NCBI RefSeq assembly: GCF_036323395.1
Contig: NZ_AP028907.1
Span: forward strand, 1,080,001 to 1,112,000
DNA: 32,000 bases
Source of the DNA: Pyrodictium abyssi
GTDB lineage: Archaea; Thermoproteota; Thermoprotei_A; Sulfolobales; Pyrodictiaceae
Direction: 5' to 3'
Shown: positions 9,252-16,094 of the stretch, piece after piece
Position numbering within the stretch: position 1 is the stretch's first letter
Layout: every line of letters starts with the position of its first letter
Notes under the pieces: model-generated
Seen by the model: only the letters and a program-made list of their open reading frames with translations
What the model was told of the DNA's origin: nothing
Databases searched by the model: none
Made by a program: the position numbers and the translations under genes

Positions 9252-9670
9252 GCGACGGCGCTGGATAACCTTCTCCAAAGTCCTTTCACCCACTCTATCA
9301 CGCTGCGGGCGCACTCTATTGCCCTGTCCGCGTCCCTCTGCGTATAGTAGTAGTGCGGCGGTCCCTCGCTCCACGCGTCCGGGTACCGGGTCGGGATGTA
9401 GAGCTTGTCGAGAAGCTTACCACACTCCAGGATCCCCGGAGGCAGCTCAGCCCCAAGCTCCTCCTGGAGCCTCTCTAGCAGCTTAGCCACGCTATGGCCA
9501 AAGACGGGCCTGCCGATGCCGTAGAAGAGGCCCTTGACGGCTAGCTCGGCGGCTTGCTGGGCCTTGAAGCAGGCCCAGTTGTAGTCGCCGCGCTCCCGGT
9601 CACCCTCCGCTGAGCCCAGGGTCCTCACCGCTGCCTCAAGCCACCGGCTATACTCGGGCTGGTCAAGCAT
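9230..9670 (-). CDS. HEPN-domain protein (toxin of a HEPN-MNT pair)
   Basis: HEPN (PF05168-type) pattern: CFKAQQAAELAVKGLFY...GHSVAKLLERL...LDKLYIPTRYPDAW. The gene lies directly upstream of, and overlaps, the MNT gene. Confidence 0.85.
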   Translation of the reverse strand: MLDQPEYSRWLEAAVRTLGSAEGDRERGDYNWACFKAQQAAELAVKGLFYGIGRPVFGHSVAKLLERLQEELGAELPPGILECGKLLDKLYIPTRYPDAWSEGPPHYYYTQRDADRAIECARSVIEWVKGLWRRLSSAVAWRGSGS

Positions 9671-9858
9671 TACACCGTGGCCCCGAGCCCTAGTAAGGCT
9701 CCTCGGAGCCCTATAACGGGCCCGCCCTGGCAGGAGTGGGCGTCACTAAGGCTAGGCCGAGCCTAGAGGGCTCCGAGGAACGGGCAGACACCGCCCCGCG
9801 GAGCAGCCCTGGCTGGCTGGCGTAGCTGCTCCCGGAGCCTGCCCGGCTCCCAGGCTAC

Positions 9859-10787
9859 CTAGTGGGGAGCGAAGCTGCAGGGGGCCATGCGGCCGAAGGG
9901 ATCCACGGACACCATGTCCAGCCCGGCTCTGCAGGGCCTCCATGGCGGAGCAGCGGGCACCCTTAGGCCCAGCAGCGGCTGGTCAACAGCCACCGGAGCG
10001 GGCATACTCCTAGCCAGCCACAACACCAGCGCCCGGGTCTCCGTGGGCAGCCTTAGGGGGGTGGCGCTGGACGGTGAGGAGGCCTTGGAGGGGCTTAGGC
10101 GCGAGAAGGTTGACCTGCACCGCGCTGGCCGCTAGCTCCTCTATGAGCGGCGAGCAGCACCCACCGCTAGAGCCCTCCGGGGCTAGGGGCGGGGCGAGGT
10201 CGTCTGTGAGGAGCACGTTCACGGCCATGCTGAAGCCTTCGCCTAGGAGCCTTGTCAGCGTCTCTAGGAGCCTCGGAGGCTCCTCGGGGACGCCGCCCAC
10301 GCCCCAGCGGCGGGCAGCCTGGGAGAGGAGCCTCCTTGGCCTCTTCCAGGCCTGGAGTAGCCTCTCCTCGACCCTTGACGGCCTGGCGCGGGGCCCAGCG
10401 ACCAGCTTGTAGCCGTCAACCGAGATCGTCGCGAACCCGTCCGGTAGGCTGAGAGGCCCGCCGAGCGCCCTCACGAGCTCCTCCACCGCCTCGGCGCCGT
10501 AGGCCCCGCTGGTCGTGAATGTGGCGTAGGCCGCGCCGTGCTTTAGCGCAGCGGAGAGGCCTGCTGCAAGGAGCCCCGGGGGCGGCGAGGGGCTCGCCAC
10601 CCCCATAGGCCACGGCGTACTCCCCCGTAGCCTCGGCTAGCTCCGCGAGGAAGAGGCGTAGCCTCTCAGCGCTCCAGCTGCCTTGGTGCTGGTAGCACGG
10701 CCTAGTATAGCAGAAGGGGTAGGCCAGCGGACAGGCAGTAGTGAGTTCTATGCTGGCGAGGAACACCCGCCTAGCGGGCATCCCCAC
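9859..10787 (-). pseudogene. radical SAM / SPASM(twitch)-like maturase gene, disrupted (two frameshifts, degenerate Cys triad)
   Basis: Piece 1 (ORF 10416..10787): IELTTACPLAYPFCY...AVAYGGGEPL. Piece 2 (ORF 10010..10606 frame): GLLAAGLSAALKHGAAYATFTTSG...ISVDG...NVLLTDD...VQVNLLAP. Piece 3 (frame open 10131..9862, not in the ORF track because it is short): PCRAGLDMVSVDPFGRMAPCSFAPH, followed by a stop. The junctions fall at CCCCCGGGG (about 10574-10582) and at a G6 run (10056-10061). The CX3CX2C motif reads C-PLA-Y-PF-C, with TAC in place of TGC. Confidence 0.55.
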
Positions 10788-11217
10788 GCTCCAGCAGCCG
10801 CTCTAGCCTCTCGTAGAGGCCCTGAGGGAGCCGGGGTAGGCCGTGGCACCGCCTCTTGAGCAGGCTTCTCGCCCAGCGGAGAGCCTCCGCGAACTCCCGG
10901 GCCCCGTAGCTCCCGGCAGCCCAGGCGCTGAGGTAGAGCTCCGGTCTCCTACCCCAGGTGTGCACAGCCCCGTCCACTACGAGCACCGCGAAGGGCCCGG
11001 TAGAGTGTACATGGAAAGCAAAGCCCAGCTCACGAGTATGGCAGGACCTAGCCACGGAGACGAGCCACCGGTACGTATCCAGCGCGTTACACGCCTCCGG
11101 CTCCGCCTCGCAGCTCCACTCCTCCTCGTCCCCCTGGAGCACCCTCTCCGCGTCGCCAAGCCTCTCAGCCCGGAAGTAGATAGGGACGCTCGGGCCATTA
11201 AGGAACTCGTAGACCAC
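10771..11217 (-). CDS. hypothetical protein (first gene of the radical SAM operon; may be 5'-extended by a frameshift)
   Basis: 148-aa ORF with a GTG start, overlapping the radical SAM gene start by 17 nt. Coding-like sequence continues upstream in another frame to 11477 (ORF 10977..11477: ...SDYLYFLPEDGLEEAMGLPGNAVGYTAPTYLVEEVGRLGGLGL). Confidence 0.45.
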   Translation of the reverse strand: MVYEFLNGPSVPIYFRAERLGDAERVLQGDEEEWSCEAEPEACNALDTYRWLVSVARSCHTRELGFAFHVHSTGPFAVLVVDGAVHTWGRRPELYLSAWAAGSYGAREFAEALRWARSLLKRRCHGLPRLPQGLYERLERLLERGDAR

Positions 11218-11748
11218 AAGCCCAGCCCTCCTAGCCTCCCCACCTCCTCCACAAGGTAGGTAGGAGCCGTATACCCCACAGCGTTCCCAGGCAGACCCAT
11301 AGCCTCCTCAAGCCCGTCCTCCGGAAGGAAGTAGAGATAGTCGCTACACGAAGCCTGCAAAGCTGGCTCCAGCCTGGCTGGCACCTGGGGGCACCACACG
11401 CTCTCTAAGCCCCCGGTACATGCGGTCAGCGGGAAAAGACCCTGGGGGACAAGCCCGGCACTACACCATAGCCGCATCGTACTATGACACTAACAGGAGA
11501 GCAAAGCATACACAGACCCCAAGGGATACAGCCCACAGTAATGCCGTACTCTTTGGGAGGCCTGCCGAGGCCGTAGAGGATGAAACCCAGCTAGAGAGCA
11601 CTAGCAGATAGATAAGGCACAGGAAGTGCCGGATATCATGAGTCAGCCATGATGCATGCCAGCTCCTACAGTGACACTATTCTTAGGATCATGAAGCATA
11701 TCTGTCTGTATCTGTACGGGTGCCGAGGCTACAGGTTGGGGTGTATAG

Positions 11749-13109
11749 TTGTTGTCGACGATAGTCCTGGAGTCCTTTGGGCCCTTTGCGTCGAGGTACG
11801 AGGTAGAGATTAAGCCGCTAACACTGTTTATCGGGAGAAACAGCGCGGGTAAGTCCGTGATAGCGCACCTCATCTGGGCTATCGCGACAGCGACACCAGA
11901 CTTTGACAGCTTGTTCAAGGTCTTCGATGAGAAGGGGGCCGGAAGCATGCACAAGAGCTGCTGAAGAGCCTTGAGGGCCGGAAGCCGTTAGAGGCTAAAG
12001 AGGCCCTTGAGGAGGCTCTTCTGCTTCTGGCCGGTGAGGCCCTGCCTCGGGCGCTTGCACGGAGCCTTGAGAAGCTACTACCCAAGGTCTATGGCAGAAA
12101 GCTGGGAAGACTAGTGACGCACGGCCACAAGAGAGCGGTCGTGGACGTGATAGGTTCTCTTGGAGGAGGTTTTCGTTTCGTTATAGATGCAGAAAAAGAG
12201 TCTATAAGTGCTGAAGCTATTGAGTACATAGCTGAGATGATGGTTAGCACAATGGAGATATTCGTTGATGTGGACAAGGAGAAGGGTGTGCTAATAGTTG
12301 ATGAAGAGACTTGGTCCGCGGAAAGAATCCGCACTATCGCTGATGTGTATGGCGAGCTTTCATCGCTTCTCGGTATTATGATGAGGTTGACGTTTGAGCC
12401 ACCATTTTTGCTACTAGAGAGACGGCAATTCTGCTGGTCGACAGTAGGGCTGGTGTGTTGCGTACGCTACTTCGGCCATATACGGCTATGCTCTCGGAAG
12501 CATTATTCCCCGACCAGGCGTTTATTGCGTACTACTACATGCTTGCTGAGCGCCTAGCAGGCTCTATGGAGGTCTTAAAGGACGCGAGGAGCCTCATGGA
12601 CGAGCTTGGTTTTGAGCTGGAGCCGCGTATGGAGGGCGGGTCTATAATGTATACGCGAGGATGTGGAGCGGCGAGGTCGTCCCCGTAGCTCAGGCTCCTT
12701 CGGGTATCCGTGAGAGCGTAGCATTGATAGCAGCCCTTACAGTTCCGAAAGCCCCCATTTCTTGTGGTCGTTGAGGAGCCTGAGGCCCACTTGCATCCCA
12801 AGGCCCAAGTGCTGCTGGCAGGGCTAATGGCTAGGGCTGCTGCCGCTGGGAGGAAATGGGTTGTAGCGACGACTCATAGCGGCTACCTGGTCTATGAGTT
12901 GAATAATCTGATTATGGCCTCGGCTCGGAGACATGGCGAGGGCCTGGACCCCGATAAGGTTTCTGCCTACCTTGTCCGCAGGGAGGGCGGTGAGGCTGTT
13001 ATCGAGGCGATAAACGTGGGGCCGGAGGGGGATCCCGGAGGACGAGTTCACGCGAGTGGCCGAGGAGCTAGCTACAAGGAGAGGGTTCCTAGCCCTCGAG
13101 CAGCACTGA
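11749..13109 (+). pseudogene. ABC/SMC-like AAA_15/AAA_21-type ATPase, heavily frameshifted
   Basis: Six collinear pieces lie in alternating frames. (1) 11749-~11935 carries Walker A: LTLFIGRNSAGKSVIAHLIW. (2) 11931-~12400 is the helical insert. (3) 12398-~12650. (4) 12616-12771 carries the ABC-signature-like AQAPSGIRESVALIAAL. (5) 12731-~13030 carries Walker B/D-loop FLVVVEEPEAHLHP and the H-loop VVATTHSGY. (6) 13032-13109 reads IPEDEFTRVAEELATRRGFLALEQH followed by a stop. Four junctions coincide with G5 (11934-38), T5 (12405-09), C5 (12752-56) and G5 (13027-31). The fifth lies in a G-rich stretch (12631-12640). Confidence 0.7.
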
Positions 13110-13152
13110 GAGGGGCCGAAGGAGTATTAGGCCGAGCCCCGGCTAGGAGGAG

Positions 13153-13447
13153 ATGCCAGCGGCTAAGCATAGACAAGCTAGTCAAAGGAACCAAGTGGGC
13201 CTCAAGAAAGCATGCCGACTATATCTACGTCTACAGCGGTAAGGCGGTTGTTGTCGAGGATACGGGGAGGCCGGAGCACCGCGACATAGCCGAGTTGAGG
13301 GAGAGCATAGAGATGCTGAATAGTATCGATGACTTGTTGCCTGTTAGGGTAGTAGCTGGTATCGTCCACTATAGGCGTAGTGACGCTATGTTTGTACGCG
13401 AGACAACTGCTGAGGCTGGGCGAAGGGCCTCCGATACTCCCGGCTAA
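13153..13447 (+). pseudogene. small ORF downstream of the ATPase; its start codon and body are in different frames
   Basis: GGAGGAG followed by ATG (13153) opens a 29-codon frame. The long coding-like body (IDKLVKGTKWASRKHADYIYVYSGKAVVVEDTGRPEHRDIAELRESIEMLNSIDDLLPVRVVAGIVHY...) is in the frame of ORF 12764..13447, which has no ATG/GTG/TTG between 13110 and 13295. No family recognised; VVVED could be a Toprim-like acidic motif, but the evidence is weak. Confidence 0.35.
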
Positions 13448-13516
13448 CTGTGACAAACAGCTCCGTCAGCTGATCGAGAAGCCACTAGGCTGCAGCTGCT
13501 AGCAGCTCCATTGTAG

Positions 13517-13547
13517 GCGTTATAGGCGCTGAGCGCGTCTATAACGC
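13517..13547. terminator. 31-nt nested hairpin between convergent genes (candidate bidirectional terminator or RNA element)
   Basis: GCGTTATAG-GCGC-TGA-GCGC-GT-CTATAACGC: 9-bp outer arms plus a 4-bp inner stem. A perfect 14-nt palindrome, AGCTGCTAGCAGCT, lies at 13494-13507. Confidence 0.35.
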
Positions 13548-13649
13548 TGTCCGCTGGTGAGGCCTCTCTGCCCGGTCTACAGCGTTTAGAGAGGGCTGAG
13601 GCTCCTAGCAGCCCATGCAGCGAATAGGCTCCTCAGCGCGGGGCTCGCC

Positions 13650-14114
13650 CTATGGCTGCTGGTGAGGGCTTCTGGCAGTAAGCCGCTCCTGCAGGCGGCT
13701 AGCGGCCTCCAGGGCCGCTGGGCTGGTGCCCGGCAGCACCTCTACCTCGGCCTCGCGGTTGGGCTCTAGGGTCTCCCCATGGGCGTCGAAGAGGAAAACT
13801 GCGCTCCTCCGGTCGAAGCACTCGGCGCTCAGCTCCCTCGCGGTGATGAGCAGCAGGCTTCCCCCATACGCATCGAGGAGCCTGTGGAGGGCCTCCGGGG
13901 GCTCCCTGTCGCCGACCAGGATGAGGGCGCGGCGCTGCCGGGTCCTCCGCGTGTCCTACTCGGCGCCGAGGATGAGCGGCTCCTCCCAGAGCACGGTGGT
14001 CTCCCTTACTGGCTTCGCCCAGAAGACCCGGAGGCCTCCTAGCAGCCTCAGCCACTCCACCAGGCTATCCACGTCCCTAAGGGGCCAGGAGCAGACACCG
14101 AGTACGCAGCCCAT
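13650..14114 (-). pseudogene. hypothetical ORF interrupted by an in-frame TAG
   Basis: Minus frame from ATG 14114: MGCVLGVCSWPLRDVDSLVEWLRLLGGLRVFWAKPVRETTVLWEEPLILGAE, then TAG (13959-13957). The same frame continues DTRRTRQRRALILVGDREPPEALHRLLDAYGGSLLLITARELSAECFDRRSAVFLFDAHGETLEPN... to the stop at 13652-13650. Composition is balanced with GC-rich third positions. The listed ORFs over this span (13699..14055 minus, 13726..14166 plus) are Arg/Pro/Gly- or Ser-rich shadow frames. Confidence 0.4.
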
Positions 14115-14324
14115 ACTCCAGGCGCCTCGCTCTACAGTAGAGGGCTTCGTAGAGCTATCTCCTTAGGCTCTGCGGCGGGCTAGGAGGTCCAGATGGCGTC
14201 GAGAGGGCGGGGAGGCAAAGATAGTGGAAGTGGAGAACTAGGCTTCTTGAATGCCGCACCCCGAGGCATGGAGGGTGGAACGGTGGGCCGTGGAGCCCCG
14301 TGGCGGTGTGCGGCGGAGGGCGTG

Positions 14325-14516
14325 TTAGTCGAAGTCCCAGATTGTTCTGCCCTCGTAGAACAGGAGAACATATCCGCACTTCCGGCATACGAGTATCTTG
14401 ACCTTGTGGGCGGTAAACCCCCACTTGCTATCTATCTTGCCCTCCTCAAGGTCAAATACGGTATTGCCGCATATCGGGCACTTCAACTTACCACCCGTCT
14501 CCACAACCCTGCCCAT
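14325..14516 (-). CDS. small Zn-ribbon protein
   Basis: 63 aa with two CxxC pairs (CPICGN ... CRKCGY) flanking a beta-rich core. Visibly lower GC than the flanks. Confidence 0.65.
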   Translation of the reverse strand: MGRVVETGGKLKCPICGNTVFDLEEGKIDSKWGFTAHKVKILVCRKCGYVLLFYEGRTIWDFD

Positions 14517-14954
14517 CTTCCCGCCCCCGGTGTTCGCTAGGCGCTACAGACACGCTAGGACATAGGCCTCGTCCACATAAAGCTCCCCAGGGGCAGTGCA
14601 TCTACGCGTCCCCTCCGGCATCCAGCACGACCCTGCATGGCCGGCCACGGTGTAGGGGCCCGCGGCGAGGGCGCCCCTGCCCCCATCGTGCCATGTGCTC
14701 CCGCGTCTAGGCGCCGCCGCTGAACAGAGCGCGCCCACGCCGCGGCCCTCGTGGGGCCTCTACCCGCAGCAGTTGCTGTGCTGCTCCGCCCTTGCAGAGG
14801 GGCTCCCTACTGTAGAATAGCCGCCTCCCATCCTCGATGTAGCCTGAAGGCCGGTAAGGCTTAACCCTGCCGGAAGCTGCCCTACAAATCCCTACGCCTG
14901 GCCCCCGGCACGGTATGGGGCGGCCAGAGGGTTCTCCGTGTAGAGGATGGTGGT

Positions 14955-15344
14955 ATGGCGCGGCTCGGCGACGTGGAGGAGAGGGTGCTGAGCTATCTGC
15001 GGGACCACCCGGGTAGTAGCCCCCGGGAGATAGCCGATGCTCTGGGGGAGCCGCTGCAGAGGGTCCGTGCAGCGCTCCAGAGGCTGCGCGACGCGGGGCT
15101 AGCCGCCCGGGGCGGCGAGGGCCGCTACTATGCCGTGGCGCCTGCGGTCCAGGGGCTGCCGCGGCGCGAGCTACGCCGCCCAGGGAGCTACGGGCTTCGG
15201 GGCGACCTAGACGCGGTGGTCGAGAGGCTCGCAGCGCTGGAGGAGCGCGTCAAGAGGCTGGAGAAGCTGGTCGAGGAGCTACTGGCCCGCTGCCCTCCTG
15301 GGGCCAGGGGTGAGCCCGAGGGCCGGGGGAAGCCAGCCCGCTAG
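14955..15344 (+). CDS. winged-helix (MarR/ArsR-like) DNA-binding protein with C-terminal coiled coil
   Basis: ERVLSYLRDHPGSSPREIADALGEPLQRVRAALQRLRDAGLAAR is a wHTH pattern. It is followed by the heptad-like LDAVVERLAALEERVKRLEKLVEELL. Confidence 0.65.
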   Translation: MARLGDVEERVLSYLRDHPGSSPREIADALGEPLQRVRAALQRLRDAGLAARGGEGRYYAVAPAVQGLPRRELRRPGSYGLRGDLDAVVERLAALEERVKRLEKLVEELLARCPPGARGEPEGRGKPAR

Positions 15345-15977
15345 AGCGTAGGCCAGCACAGCCGTCCTCGCGGCGTGGGCCAGCTCTGCTACGAGCCCGT
15401 TGTCGTAGGGCGCGGCGGCTAGGAGGAGCATGACGGCTAGGCGGCTCCAGGGCGCCGGGCTTGGCGTCCCCCTGCCCCGTAGCCTCCTAGTGTAGGGCAC
15501 GGGCGCGGCCGAGGCGGCTAGCAGGGCGAGCAGCAGGGCTGGGTGCATGGGCTCCTCGGAGAGCACGCTGGAGAGCAGTACTATGGCGTGGGCGAACAAC
15601 GGGAGCCCCGAGAAGTAGTCTAGGCTGGGTACCGGCCTGTACACGAGCCTCCAGAACGCGGCGGCCACCAGGCCCCCGGCATAGGCAGCGAACAGGGCGA
15701 CAGCGGTCCAGGGGGCGCCCTGGGCTGCGAGCCAGGAGGCGTAGACAGCGAGCGGTGCCACCACCTGGGATACCCTGTCGAGCGCCCGGTCCAGCATCTG
15801 GCCCTGGGGCGTGCCGCCGCCGGTGCGGCGGGCAACCCAGCCATCGAGCACGTCGAGGGCGTAGGAGGCGAAGAGGAGCCGCAGCGAAGCTTCCAGGGCG
15901 CCGGCGGAGGCTAGTGCCACGGCGGCGCCAGCGGCTAGGCCGCCGGCTAGGGTGACAATGTCGGCGGGCCTGGGCAA
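15279..15977 (-). CDS. CDP-alcohol phosphatidyltransferase family protein (archaeal phospholipid head-group synthase)
   Basis: Complete D-x2-DG-x2-AR-x8-G-x3-D-x3-D motif: DVLDGWVARRTGGGTPQGQMLDRALD. Polytopic membrane protein with a TTG start. Confidence 0.8.
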   Translation of the reverse strand: MPRPADIVTLAGGLAAGAAVALASAGALEASLRLLFASYALDVLDGWVARRTGGGTPQGQMLDRALDRVSQVVAPLAVYASWLAAQGAPWTAVALFAAYAGGLVAAAFWRLVYRPVPSLDYFSGLPLFAHAIVLLSSVLSEEPMHPALLLALLAASAAPVPYTRRLRGRGTPSPAPWSRLAVMLLLAAAPYDNGLVAELAHAARTAVLAYALAGWLPPALGLTPGPRRAAGQ

Positions 15978-16094
15978 CGCTGCTACCCCCGTTCCTCTCT
16001 GCGGCGTGCACGCTGTCTAAGCGATGTGTCTGCTGCCTTATAGCCGCAGCCATCGCCTCCAGCATAATGACACTATCCCGGGGGTTTACCTGCA

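Noticed and set aside
9752-10135. ORFs 9752..9943 (minus) and 9887..10135 (plus)
   Set aside because: Gly/Pro/Ser/Arg-rich. The span is better explained by the third, SPASM-like piece of the radical SAM pseudogene, in the frame ending at 9859.
11420-11954. ORFs 11420..11611 (plus) and 11643..11954 (minus) at the left edge of the AT-rich island
   Set aside because: The first has no motif and lies in an apparently non-coding border. The second is antisense to the Walker A segment of the ATPase pseudogene.
11480-13447. Treating low GC alone as proof of horizontal transfer of the island
   Set aside because: The clearly native atp operon (27.8-32 kb) and parts of the cdv genes are also well below the GC of the surrounding genes. 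Composition is heterogeneous in this window and needs a genome-wide baseline.
13957-13959. In-frame TAG as a recoded (pyrrolysine or read-through) codon
   Set aside because: No Pyl machinery or context is visible, and pyrrolysine is not known in Crenarchaeota. Four other disrupted genes lie within 4.5 kb, so a nonsense mutation is the simpler reading.
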